Positions 36,044 through 49,846 of a stretch of DNA of 64,000 nt are shown here, in pieces. Under the pieces are notes generated by a model. It searched no databases and was not told the origin of the DNA. It saw nothing but the letters and a program-made list of their open reading frames with translations. How positions within the stretch are numbered: position 1 is the stretch's first letter; each line of letters starts with the position of its first letter. This stretch comes from Antedon mediterranea (lineage: Eukaryota > Animalia > Echinodermata). The position numbers and the translations under genes were made by a program. The stretch spans positions 14,282,101-14,346,100 of the forward strand of contig NC_092677.1 of NCBI RefSeq assembly GCF_964355755.1. Reading direction: 5' to 3'.

Positions 36044-38789
36044 GTTGTATAAATAATGTCTTTGAGTTCTTTGAGAATTAATTCAATCAATGCTTCCTAA
36101 AAATTGCAAAAACAAAAAAGTTTACGTCTTGTTTGCAAACTTTATTAGATTTATTCAACCAAGAATTCATTGAAGTTATAAATACAGTTATTAATTATAA
36201 ATGTTTTTACACAGTAAATGGTGGTTTTATATTGTGCAACATAATAGTTTATTTCAATGGCCATTCAATAAGTAATATTCCTTGCATATTTTACAGTATC
36301 TTTATCTACAATTATTTATTAAGATTTTAAAGTTTACTGTATTGATAGTATATACAATATATTTATGGTTTATTCTTATGTACTATTAACATTGCAGCAC
36401 TATTTCTCCGTATCTTATAGATTACATGGCTTATATTGCACATCATGTGACCCACAATCGTCCAATCAAATGACAGGAATTTGATTAGATGTTATATAAT
36501 ATAATCTATTTAATAATATTATTTCTCCATGGTTTAGATACTACTAAGTGTACTGTATATTATACTTCACAGTGCATACAACAAATTACCACCCTCATCT
36601 ACATGTTATATTGTATGATTGTAATAAATCTCTGTAGATCAATATTGATTGGTAATAAGAGACCACATGGGCAGTTTTTATGTAAACTCGGGTAGAACAG
36701 TATTTAACAATACTAATTACTGTACTGCTTAGTTATTTAGAGGCTGTGAAATAAAATATTTTATTCAATAAGTAGCTTCAAAATAACTGTACAGTTAAAC
36801 TGTGTCATACCATTTGCATAGGTGGATTTATCATTTAGTTCCCAAGTTTGGGGGAGGGGGATAGGTATAAAAACCAATGTATTTTATTGTAACAAATAAT
36901 ATGATAGTATTAAGAACATCTAAAATTCAAAATTGAATTGTGTGTTGATCAAAGTATGATTGTATTATGGTATATAAACAAAACAAACATAAAGAGTATG
37001 TCAAAAACTAAACTATGATCCTTCAAATGCATGCAACATGTACCAAACTTCAATAAAATAACCATAGTACAGTATACAGTTTATATACAGTAAGATAGAA
37101 TAAAATTATTTCCTGTCGAATGTGTGAATATAATCATAGATATACTTAAACAATTATTACATCTACACTATCTTATATAACTTTATGTGACAAAAAAATG
37201 TGGTGTGCTAATGATGGACATGATGATGTCATCACCACGCACCATATTTGGGTACATCGCACATCACACTTTTTTGTAGAACTATTTTCATAGTGTAGAC
37301 AGAGCTTTATGATATAAAAATAGGTGTTTATAGGAATACTGTACTGTTTCCCTAACAACTACTACCACAAGGCACTATAAAACCTTGTATACACACGGTG
37401 TTCATTGTAGTCACGTGTACATTTTAACAATACACTCAGTAGGTAACTTCTTGTGAAATAAAGAATGTATTGTCTAGTATTACAGAGTAGTACTGTAATG
37501 TGCGAAATGTGATCTTAAATTAATGTTTTAAAAAATGCTTACACAAGGAAGTGAATATTATTTCATTTTACTGTAATACCACTTTTCAAATGTTGCAAGA
37601 AAGGGGTGGAAAATCATTATCAGTATTCTTTTTATCATAAAATTTTGAATTATTATTATAATAATTATTAATATTATTATTTATATTTTGTATGTTACAT
37701 TCCAGTGAATCTATGGCTGCACCTTGTTAATGTTAGAAACAATTCTTAGTACACCAATTAAAAATAGTGATATGGAAAAGTAAAGACTGCATTAGCTTAA
37801 AAAATAAATAACATATTGTCATCAAGATGTAGGCCTACTTTGGTCTTTGGTCGAATCTGAAAGACCACGCGTTACCTAAGCACTGACCACCCGACCTGTT
37901 TATAGTTTTCTAAATTCCTGATGTATTGTTCAATAAATTATTCTTCCATGCCTGAACCGAGTGTGTGTATACGTAGGCCTACAGTAAAGCATAGAAAAAT
38001 CGTATTAGTATTGTTATGTTTCATACTGTATATTTTTTAATTCGGTGTTCGATAACAAATTTAAACATTAATAGTTAACTATATCTATTGGGTATAAAAA
38101 AAACAGTGTATTTTCAGTCTAGGCCGATCCAGACAAAATTATCGTTAAGAGTTTAAGAGTTGATTATTGTTACAGATGGATGTATGAAGTTATTTTTATA
38201 TTATATATTGCAAAATGAACTTTAAAACGTTGTAATTTTATTGAATTGATATTAAATATAATAATCAGTATACTATTTTCGACTTGAGTGTTGTTTACGA
38301 TTGATGTGTGTTTTTCATTGGCATGGACACGGAAAGAAACTATTTGTATTGAATCGATAAAGGATAATATAATAATCTATACACATAACATAAAACGTTT
38401 TGATTGTGTTTAATCTTGGTTTATTATGTTATATCAAGACAAGGAGAAATACTACGTTTATGATGCAGTTCACTGCCATATAATTGGTTCGCTTGGCTAA
38501 AAGATGGAGGAACTATTTCATGGCTAAAATATTCAGTTGGCAACATCTCCATACCGAAAAGCAATAAACCTGTTTGCTCATATGAATAAACCATATTGCT
38601 CTCTTACATTAGTTCCAGTACAATTTAACACAGTAGGAAAAATATGTTTGTTAAGTTGAGATGTTGATATGTCATCTCTAGTGGTTGTAGTGTCAGCGGG
38701 TGCGGATACAATGAGGTGAATCACCCCTAATGTCCCATATTCCTTCTTCCCGTAAACGTCTTCTTGGGAAATACATTTTCATTAAAAAA

Positions 38790-39278
38790 ATGTTGTTCTG
38801 AAACTCAAATAGTCAGGTTAAAAGATGTCATAAAATAGGGGTCCGTGTGCAATTTGTGGTGAAAGTTGGCAACATGTCTAAATATCTTAAGTGGGTCAAA
38901 ATAAACCCAAAAATACTTGTTGCCCAACCTGTAACCCCGTGGTTTTTATTTATGGGCCTTTTCAAGATGGCGGCCAACATATTCAAATAGCTTATATCTC
39001 GGTAACCGCTGGTCATACGGAGTTTATTTTACTTTCAAATTGTTCAAAACATATATATTTATATTCACTCTATAACATTAATTTGTCTAAAAATGACCGG
39101 AACTACCATCAAATCGTTGAAATATGCATGCTGTGAACTGTTCTGCAAGATCGTTACAATTTTTGATTGCACACAAAATACCTCTTTTAACCTGACTAAA
39201 AGGAAGAGAGAGATTGTAATGTTAGGCTATAACATTACAATCTCTCTCTTCCTTTGAGTTTCAAAACAAAATGTTTAT
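38790..39278. mobile_element. Inverted-repeat element with an embedded near-perfect hairpin
   Basis: GAAACTCAAATAGTCAGGTTAAAAGA is mirrored by TCTTTTAACCTGACTA...TTTGAGTTTC; the right arm is interrupted by the hairpin AAAGGAAGAGAGAGATTGTAATGTTA/TAACATTACAATCTCTCTCTTCCTTT (~39198-39255). Confidence 0.6.
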
Positions 39279-39659
39279 ATATTAATGTAACTCGGGGCTT
39301 ACAAATTTGCAGAGTGCAAGCAGTATAGTAATCATAGAATATAAAATTATAATATTATAATATAACAATAGCGCACATATCCACTAAAAGTGCTCTAGGC
39401 GCTAATCACAACACTGATTATACTTCATTAATACCATATGCCTCGGCAAAAAGGTATGATTTTAATAATATAATATATATATAATAAATACTGCACCCCC
39501 TGTAGGCCTAATAGATAGTTATCTGTTTTTTTTTTTTAAGTAGAAATTTTGAAAATTTGTCGCAAATTTTCCAGGAATTTTTTCGAAAAACGGGCAAAAT
39601 TTCGACCCTTTTATTTTTTGACATAACTACTTGCTGTGGCTCTAAGATGATGTTAACAC

Positions 39660-39950
39660 GACAACGACGATTTATATAGCGCTTACTGTTGTGAAACCTC
39701 TAAGCGCTGAACATTATTACCCCAGTCATTCTTTTTATCTAACACGTAGGGAAACATAATCCCACAATAATGCAGCTAGTAATAAAGCGCAAAGTTGTGT
39801 CTTGATATAACCTGGCTTCCATTTATACACCTGGGTAGAGAGCCAAATGTAAGTAAATATCTTGCCTAAGGATACAAGCAATACTGCGAGAGTTGGATTC
39901 GAACCTCGAGCAGTAGTCGAACGTCAAAACACACTTGCGCCACACGCCCA
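39660..39950 (-). mobile_element. Degenerate SINE-like element
   Basis: B-box-like GGTTCGAATCC on the minus strand (~39895-39905) and an L2-like tail (AGCGCTTAGAGG...AAGCGCTATATAAAT) at ~39670-39710. Confidence 0.55.
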
Positions 39951-42790
39951 CCGGTGACACGCCCTTACTATTAGGTGATATGATACAATTACGGACTGTC
40001 CAGATGTACCCCCGTGACAGATTGCAGTCCCCCACAATTAATTGTGCTCAACAGTACTTATATTTCGCAAACCGTTTGAGCGGAGGATAAAACTTCTAAA
40101 ATTAAGCATTATGAATGGAACGTCAATTTTAGCGGTTTTGTAGAATCATTTTTCGATTTCCCCACTAGTCAAAATAGTTATTCATCATTCTAATGAAGAG
40201 CTTTCGTAGCCCAGCCCTTTTACAGTGTCGCCAATAAAAATAGTATAGATTTCATTTAATTGTTTGACAAAAACGTTTGGAGATTCTTAATAACTTTGAA
40301 AATATTTTTAAAACAAAAATTATAGACTAGGCCTATTCATATTCGTTTTTGCCTCAAAATGATACACACAACAAAATGTATAATCAAACCAACTGAACTT
40401 GTTGTTTCAGTTAAGTATAGTGGCAAATTGTTTACCTTTTTTTTCTTATGCATTTTCCTGGATTAATGACAACTTACATAGGCCTACATGGACAAGGAAG
40501 AACCAACCAGGCATGGGAGTGGGGGAGGGGGGATTCCCCCCACAATAAGGAACTATATCACTAATTTAAGTAGGTCTTATAATGATTAGAGAAAAAACTT
40601 TTAGATAGTATTTAATACATTATGTTTACACTGTATAAATTATACCAACGCAACAACATGCACTATCAAAGTGACTTTATCAGATATCCAGCTTTTCCTT
40701 GGTGTTTTAAATATGCTCAATACAGACAGACGATAGGTCAACATCGCATCAAGACAACGATCGATTTTTGTACGTTAAAAAAACCTGCTGTTAAACAGAA
40801 ATTGCTGATGGTGAAGCACTTATAATTTACGATAATGTATTGTAAAGAGAGGATAATTAATAGAATATAAACAGCCATTGTTCAGTTCGTCTTAATCATT
40901 TTGTTTTCAAACAAAGCACGAACGAAAGACGATTGAAATTAAAAGGAGACAAACGAAAAGACATTATTGATCCGGTGAGATGGAGGAATGGGATGCCGAC
41001 AAATAGGACAATCGGAGGCTAAATCATACGCCCTTATAATTCTCTTATACGATATCAAGACGCACTTTTATTTATATTTTATTTTATCAAAACCAACAGC
41101 AACTTAACGGAGACTTCTAACAAAAAAAGACTTTGAAATTAAAGAGGCGCATTGCTATAGACCTATAGCCTAGGCCTATTTAGATGAATCTCAAAATTTA
41201 CCCGAGTATAGGCCTAAACCGTGTGCCACAAAAAAAAAGTATAAATAATATAGAATACGGTAATCATTATCATCACAAATACAAAATTATATGTACAGTA
41301 TATTGACGTAACTCGTACGCATATTTCAAAATACATTGCAGTTTAGATGCATCTGTAGCCTACAAAAACACTTCCGAATCAATAGTTGTCTCATCATCAA
41401 CAGGAAATTACTAGTTTTGGAAAAAGATTGTAATTTTCATGTAGTCCTGACCTTGCCTAGTTCACACTTACATAGAATATATCTATAAAAAAAAAGAAAA
41501 ACTTTGTTGATTAAATGATGATTAATACGAATACTTTCCGTCACAAAGACCATTGTTAGATCAGAGCGGCGACGTAGACGACTAAGACTATCAAACTTCA
41601 TGTGACAAAAAATACGTGATGTGCCCATATCTGGACACGATGTCTTCATATTACTACCATATTTGGGCACATCACATTTTTTTTGTCACATAAAATTGTA
41701 AAGTGTAAACAGAGCTTTACGTCTTCAATTGAACGATACGCGAACGGTCAACGCATTCAACAGAGTCAACGCGTTCGCTCCCCATCAAACGTATTTAATG
41801 TCACTGTTATTTGGTATTGAATTTCAGAGAGAAACCAGACTCTCACACGCGGGCGCGCCTATATACACATACGTACTGCTAGAAAATGTATAAAGTAGCA
41901 TCTATAATACTGTATTGAGAAACATACATTTTCGATAAATTATAACACATCCGTTGAGAGATGAAAATATAATTGTCATTGGCCCACGAAAGAAACGATA
42001 CAACAGGGAGCCGGTTTACAGACTGTGTTTGATGTTGAGCCTTGTCTACAGTATCAAACTTTATGTGACAAAAAAATGTGATGTGAACTAGTTTGATAGT
42101 GTAGACAGAGCTTTAGTCCACCACTTTATATAGCCCTTGACGTACATCCAACTGTTTGTTAAAATTTTGCTACCTATTTTTATTTATCACATGAAGCTAT
42201 GTGCTAAGTTTATAAATATACAAACAATGTATTAAGCATGACTGCACCACGCTGAAACAGTACATTTCAGGTACATTAAACATAAATGGAAGGAATTTTA
42301 ATTAATAAAATATAATTTATATATATACAGTATACGTAACTATAACAGACATCAAACAGTTCAAAAATGAAAATCCATTGATAATTCTAGCAAAATTTAA
42401 TTACATATCTTTGCATGCTTTTTAAATAATTTCAGTTTTCAGCCTTCTTCATATTACAGTTCGCAACATAATTTTTATTTCTACACAAATACAAATGGCG
42501 CAACGCACAAGATCTCTTGTTTATTATAATTAATAAAAATTAAATATATTTTTGTTTTTTTTATTTTTATATTAGAGTATATAGGCCTAGCTATTTAAAG
42601 CTAATGGCGATAAGACAGCTGGCATAGGGAGGACATTTTTACTCCGACATGCACGGCATTAATACATTGTGGATTCCATTGCTCATATTTTTAAAGCTCT
42701 CACTACCATCCAACGTGCACGGTTTACCGTACTTTAATTGTTTATATCCACTTCTATTTTGCAACTGTTTTACACAGTAACCATTATTCG

Positions 42791-45700
42791 TTAAGTATAA
42801 GTTAAACAATTGTCTACGCGTCTAGTCTGTGTCTCCACACTCGTGGTACCTGCACTGCCTGTGGTATCATCTTTGTTTCGATTGACTACAATAATATCTG
42901 CTTGGATCTCGGCATTACAGTATGTAGGGGCATCTCTAATCTGGTTCTGTGTTGATGACCGATGTGCATTGTGTACATATTCAGATGTAGTCACTTTGCG
43001 ATGATTGGCAGCAGGTGGTGGCAATGGTATTTGATTACTATTACATGATGTAATTGGATTACTATTACATGATGTAATTGAATTACTATATGATGTAATT
43101 GAATTACTATTTGATGATGTAAGTGGATTATTATTACATAATGTAATTGAATTACTATTACATGATGTAATTGGATTACTATTACATGATGTAATTGCAA
43201 TAGTACCAGATGAGGTCATTGCAACACAACTAGATGATGTCATTGCAACACTACTAGATGATGTCATTGCAACACTACTAGATGATGTCATTGCAACACT
43301 ACCAGATGATGTCATTGCAATACTACCAGATGATGTCATTGCAACACTACCAGATGATGTCATTGCAACACTACTAGATGATGTCATTGCAACACTACTA
43401 GATGATGTCATTGCAACACTACTAGATGATGTCTTTGCAACACCACCAGATGATGTCATTGGACTATTGGATGATGTAATTGGAATGTTACTAAACTTTG
43501 TCTGCGTTTCATTATGGCTCATCTCAGCACTAAGTCTACTTCGTTTAAAAGGATAAATATCAGCTTGTGTTTCCACATCACTGAACTCAACATCTCCTCT
43601 TTCAATCGTCTGATGAACATAAGATTTCATCTTATCTGTAGTAATATATTCATTTACATTATCTCCTTCTTTATCGCGTACAACAGATTTATTTAAATAT
43701 GCACCTGTGTGGACTGCTGTAGCTCTATCCACGTCTGAGACAATACTGGAAACTACTTCACTGTCATTCTTACACATGGTTTCCGACAATAATAGTTTAT
43801 CTTTTCCTGATTTTGAAATATCTTTAAGTTGTTCAACACTACTATTAGTGCCTTCATTGTGTGCATCGTCATGGACAGAAACAGCATCCTGATCTAAAGG
43901 ATGTTCTTTCATTGAAATACTCTCTTGATTATTACCACTACTATAGTTTGTTGTGACAGACTTTACTGTATTTTCTATGAACTGGTTTTCAAAAATGAAA
44001 TCTTGAAATTCATCCGTTTGACTTCCAGAATCTGTATGAAGTAAATCTTCAAAACTTTCCCCCATAATGTTCTTCAGCAAAGGAGAAGTCGGTGCCCTAT
44101 TGTCCGCTAGATTGCTATGAGGAGACTCGTGTAAAAAATCATTGAAATTTCTCAGTTGTTCATTTGAATATGTTTGGGTTGCAATGCTTTCTAGAAACAC
44201 ATCACCAAAATCTGGAAATGGATCCATCAAGTCGATAGTTGAAAAACCACTCTGTTCATTGTTTCCATGTTGCATGTCATTTTCTGCTTGTATCCCTATT
44301 GTGTTTCTTTCAGTTTGACATTCTTCCATATTCAAAGGTATTGTGGATTTGTGTGGAGCTTCTCCAGAACATGACCTCTGGTGCTCTAACCCTGTTAAGT
44401 AACTGGTAGAAGATGGTATTGTACGAATGGACTTGTCATGACATCCGTTTCTTGATTCTTGTGACAAGTTCAATACTCCATCATCATACTCACCTAATAA
44501 GTGGTCAGTGTTCTCCAAATTCATAGTAGTTTGGGTATCAGAAGACACCTTTAAGTTCAGAGATGAAATCTTTTGAAACGATCTTTTTCGTTTACTTAAT
44601 GAAGCAACATTATCAGCTACTTGATTTGTCTGTGGAATATTAATTCCTTGATTGGTTGTAGGTACATATTGTGAACTTGTGACATAGTTTGGTGGAGTTA
44701 TCATAGTTGATTGGTGTTGTGTCTGCGTCTCTGACGAAGCTCTCACAGTTATTGGTTGTATACTTGAAGATGTACAAGGTATGTTCAAGTTTGCACCAAC
44801 AAAATTGTTGGGTGTCACATTCAATGGTTGGTTTACATAGTTTTGTGGAGTTACGACTATTGAATGTTGATTTATTATATCTTGATTAACATCCTGTCTT
44901 TGCAGAATTGCAGAAACCATTGCCTGAACAAGCAGATCACTGGACGTCTGAGTCTCCATATTCTGTCCACTAGGATTTAATGGATCTGGTGCAACAGGTT
45001 CTACCCGAAAATATGGCATGGTCTGCACTAATGCATCACTCACGCTATTACCAAGGCTCATGTCTGATGCAAAATTTACATTTGCATTTGCTGGCATATT
45101 TGTCTGAGTGTGAGCGTCTGTTTCAGCAATGCCAGGAAAGTTTGTTCCAACCGTCAACATTTCAGGAAGAACTTGATTGTTCAAATGTGTATTTGTGGTA
45201 CTATCTTGCTGCCAGTCTGCTGTGTCCATTGCACTCCACTGGGCTTGAGCATCACTTAACTGAGGCCTCTCTATGGAGGGTTCATTGGAAAAACCGTTTT
45301 TGATGTCCAAATTGACAGTTTGTGGGAAGTTTGTATGCCGAGTTTGTACAGGCATGATTTCTTTGATGTCTGTAATAACTCCATTGTTGACAGTCACTAA
45401 TGTGGTGTTTTTTGGATGCAATGAAGCTGCCTGGGATACAGACAGGACTTTCGGTTTTGGGAGGATAAACTGTAGTTTTGGTGTTGAACTACTAACTTGG
45501 TTTTGAGCACACTTTGGTAGGACGTTCATTAACACTTGGTGGTTGGTTTTAGTTGTTTTGGGTTTCTTTGGTAACTGCAAACTATAACAAAAAATTAAAA
45601 CAAATTTATAAATATATGAAATAAAATAATATCATCGTATTTCAGGATTGGGCAATAATATTTTAGGCATTATTTTTAGAATAAGGTGAAATACTTACTT

Positions 45701-47013
45701 TTGATATTGCACAGGGACTATATGTCCTTGTCTTTTAGCATGCATTAGGAGGGACTCCTTAGATTTGAAGGGGCACTGACACGAGCAATGGAAAATCTGA
45801 CCACATATAGTCTCATGTCTCTTTTGTGTTGTTGCTGTCCCAAAGCCACGTCCGCATTTACAGCACACAAATGATTTTTCCCCATGGCAAACAAAGAAGT
45901 GCTAAAAGAAAAATAACTGTTAAGAACTTTTAAGCTAACAAAGAAAAAATTGCAGATATATATAACTAATTAATAATAGTGTTCTCCCACAGCAGGTTTA
46001 AATTAGTATCAAAAATAGTGTAAGCAAGTGATGGTTAAGCCTAGCCATTAAAAGACCTTATTTAATTCGGTAGTTTGCTTAATTGTCCAGTATTAATTTT
46101 TATATTGTGAGAACACTGAACTTTATATAAGCTTTTTCCTACATCACCAATGTCGAAACAGTGCTCACATCCGCAAGTATGTATATGTTACATAAGTAAA
46201 AAAATACTGTACTCAACTAACAAGTGCAGTAATAATATACTTTACCTGACGTAAAGAATTTCTTCGATTGAATGGCTTTTGCAAAGTGACACTTCTTGAG
46301 CAATTTTCTACTGGACAGTAAAATACTTTGACTCTGCTTTTTCTCTTTCCACCACGCCCATATGTAATACTTTCTGACTGGTTCTATAAACAAGATATTT
46401 ACAGTACAGTACACATAAGGAAGGTCAATATTGGTTGCTTTTGTATTCTCAAATACATTACTACTGAATGTCCATAATTACTACAAAAAACACTTCTGTT
46501 TTCATGATGTGCAAAACTATATATCTTTCATTTATTTCAACAATATTTTATGAGGGTGGTCCATCCAGCCGAAGCTGATCATTAGGGACTCTCACAATAA
46601 TACATCATGACGAGAAATAAGCATGTAACAATAAAAATTATATTAAAATAAATATAATTTATAAAGATAAAATAAAGCACAAACAAATTAGAATCAAAAC
46701 TATATATCTGTCAAGTTTGAAGATCATTCTGCACAAAAATATGTGTGCATGAGGGGGTTTATTAATTGATGTGACGTATAAAAAAAGACGGAAATATTTT
46801 ATCAAGACTACAGAAATCCTACTACAGTTAATCCTACTACAGTAACAGTAGTAACTGTACCTGAACCAAACCATGTGTTTTTACAACATGCATATGAAGT
46901 GATGGACGAGTTTTAAAGATCATATCACATCCTTCTTCAGGACAAGGAACATTTTTTTCAGGCTGACGGGAGAGCTCTTCAACAGTAGGAATAACGACCT
47001 CGACATCATCCAT
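42791..47013 (-). CDS. ATMIN: ATM interactor (ASCIZ) zinc-finger transcription factor, ~1094 aa
   Basis: Exons 47013-46861, 46383-46246, 45901-45699, 45581-42791 (3285 nt). IPTVEELS..VPCPEEGC..SLHMHVVKTH, FYCPVENC..LRQHFFVCHGEKSFVCCKCGRGF..RHETICGQIFHCSCQCPFKSKESLLMHAKRQGH; many LC8-binding TQT motifs (METQT, SETQT, SDTQT, IATQT, NETQT, VETQT). Confidence 0.92.
43030..43485 (-). repeat. In-frame 24-bp coding minisatellite within ATMIN
   Basis: (GATGATGTCATTGCAACACTACTA)n on the plus strand, encoding (SSSVAMTS)n and then (CNSNPITS)n. Confidence 0.9.
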
Positions 47014-48799
47014 TGTAATCAATTTTTGCAATGTATGTATTAAGTATTTGGTATGGGACTTATTAACCTGCTGTAACCATGATTGTGCTGTAGTTAAAAA
47101 AACAAAGATAAAGGTATTAAAATATTTTAATCTATAATATTATTAATAATTAATTCATTTTCAATCAAACTTCATATTATTCTTAAATTAATTATTTTTC
47201 TTATTATTACAGTATGTGATTAAACACATTGCCATAATATGTTAACTCGTATAAAATGCCTACTAGGCTAGGCCTACTGTACTGTATATACAAACATCTT
47301 ACCTACTGTACTGTAATGAAGAAAGAACGAACCGACTAGCAAAAAAACCTCATCAGCAACTAAACGATTTCTTCCGCGTACTTTATCTTAACCAAACAAC
47401 CCCTTTGTAATGGCCTACTAGGTTTGTTACTATTTTTATGGATAGTTATTGTACAACTACATCTTAAATTGTACTGAAATTTAATAAATATTAATATATC
47501 TGTTTTATGTTTATAACTTAGACCCGCTCTTACCAAAATAGTCACATTTTGCACCGTAAATTCTGTTTAGTTTAGGCCTAGCTTCGAGGTGTTTTTGTTT
47601 GCTTACTATAATATCTATGGAACGCCGCCAACGCCTTTTAAACCATTGATTCTAAAATAAATAGCGGTTTTTTTGTTAGTTTTTTTCTGTTATTCAAAAG
47701 ATATCATAGTCAAGATATACAGTATACAAAAGTCCAAATAACAAACAAAAAATCAACGAAACATAACATTAAATGTAGGATGAATCATAGATTGATTATA
47801 TAATCCTGGTAAATATTATAGACAAAATCACCAACTACTGGCCAGAAGAAAAAAAAACTGACCACAACACAAATGATAAGCATTTACCTTTCAGAAGATG
47901 CTGAACCCTATTTTAGGCTAAATTCAGACATTAGACTCTGGAGGTAAATCAATTATACAATGTCTTTTTACATTTTGACATTCAATACCTTTAATATTTA
48001 TAATCAAACTATACTCTAAAATTGAAGTCATCAATTTCTATTAACATTGTTTGACAATATATAACTGATTATTAATATTTTCTATAATATTATCATAGGT
48101 TTATACAAATATTTGATAAATATAGTATGCCTGGAGAAGAAATTGAATTCAGCTTAAATTCACATTTATGAATGTGGAATGGATTTTGGAAAGTAAGTTA
48201 AAAATATGGAATATTAGTGAGTCTAGGACATTTTAATGTTAGGTATCACAGATAGGAAAGTATATACTGTAATATAATGTCATTTCCAAAAATACCATGT
48301 AACTTAGATCCCTCCAATTAGACACTATATGATAAAAATCTATGATTGCATTTTGACCAGTGACCAGTTTTAACAATAACACATTTTTACATACAGTATT
48401 TTTAGTCACGTACAAACCAGCTCGCTACGTCAGTCGCTTAACACTAACTCAAATCTGTAGCTACATATCTGGCCTTGTGTTTTAACTCTACCGCATAAAA
48501 AAAAATAGGGGGATTCCTTTTGTTTATAATCTATACTTTTACTTGAAATTAGTGACACTGACATCATCATGGTTCACCATTTTTCTCAATTCAAGTACAG
48601 TTTATCCATTTAATGCAATTGAAACCAAGCCTGTAACAAGGATTTTGACATTGGGGGTTCGTTTTTCCACAAAAAGGGCAAACATCATCACGAGCTAGGC
48701 TAGTTGAAAATAAAATAATAGGCCAATAATGCATTACATACTGAAATTTAAATAATCTATATGACCATTAATTTTTTATATTTAAACACTGAGATGCAA

Positions 48800-49846
48800 T
48801 TAATACTGTCCATCAATCCTTTTCTGTTGCTGTTCTGTGTCTGTTATTGGTTTTAAATATTGCAATATAGAGGTTATTAGTTCACTTGTTCTTTTCTTAA
48901 CCTGCTTAAAAAAGGGATGAGCCAATAGCACGGCAGCACTCGGCCTTTCCATAGGATCTCTCTGCAAACAGACGTCAATAAATTGATGGAATTGCGATGA
49001 AAACACTCTTGTATAGGGGTTTGAACTGTTTCTACTTGATGATGGCCGGTTGCCAACTGTGCCGCTTCCTATACCTGAATCCGCCTGGGACATTAATTGT
49101 TCCTCTCCAAGAGTGGTAGCATCCAACAGTTTTGGTGTAGTGCCATTGATTTTCTCCAATAACATTTTAGTTGATACCATATCTGAAAATGGTATGCAGC
49201 CATTGGCTAGTTCGCATGCTGTAATTCCAACACTGTAGATATCGCTTTTTGTGTCGTAACCAAGTAAATTCTGCTCTAGTATTTCTGGAGCAAGCCATTG
49301 TAAGTTTTTGACAGCTTTGCTCGGAAAATCATGAATTGCTCGCAGTCGCTGACCATCCTTGACCATGCTCACCACTGTGTTGAGTCCAGTTACAACAATG
49401 TGACCATTTTGTGACAGGAGAATGTGACTGCTTTTGATACTGCGATGAATAAATCCCATCTTGTGAATGTAATCAAGTGCTGTAAGAACATCACGGATTA
49501 TGTACGCAATAGAAATTTCATCCAATCCATCCGGGAAGTTTGCAGAAACAATATCTTGCGCAGATCCGTAATTCATAAGCGGCATAACTTCCCATAATTC
49601 ATGATCACTTACGAATGCGCAATGATAGGTAAGAAGATGTTCATGCTGTAAAAGCCTCTTCTGATGAAACTCATGTTGCAAGTTTGTAAATGATGTGGTG
49701 TCCGAATCTAAATTCGTTTTCCGCACGGCAACAAAAGTGCTCGATGGCGTGTGGTGAGCTACATAAACTGCATTAGCTAGGCCGAGACCTAGCCCAATGT
49801 TTGACAGCAATTTATAATGACTGGCATCTGGTTCGTAGACAACCAT
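48800..49846 (-). CDS. STRADA: STE20-related kinase adapter (STRAD) pseudokinase, intronless, ~348 aa
   Basis: YEPDASHYKLLSNIG, VAVRKTNLD, ELWEVMPLMNYGSA, LDYIHKMGFIHRSIKSSHILL (HRS for HRD), VTGLN (no DFG), WLAPEILEQNLLGYDTKSDIYSVGITACELANG, MLLEKINGTTP. First ATG at 49846. Confidence 0.92.
   Translation of the reverse strand: MVVYEPDASHYKLLSNIGLGLGLANAVYVAHHTPSSTFVAVRKTNLDSDTTSFTNLQHEFHQKRLLQHEHLLTYHCAFVSDHELWEVMPLMNYGSAQDIVSANFPDGLDEISIAYIIRDVLTALDYIHKMGFIHRSIKSSHILLSQNGHIVVTGLNTVVSMVKDGQRLRAIHDFPSKAVKNLQWLAPEILEQNLLGYDTKSDIYSVGITACELANGCIPFSDMVSTKMLLEKINGTTPKLLDATTLGEEQLMSQADSGIGSGTVGNRPSSSRNSSNPYTRVFSSQFHQFIDVCLQRDPMERPSAAVLLAHPFFKQVKKRTSELITSILQYLKPITDTEQQQKRIDGQY

Noticed and set aside
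39280-39305. RNase MRP CR-V-like CGGGGCTTACA
   Set aside because: No matching upstream GAAAGTCCCC (CR-I) element or compatible structure.
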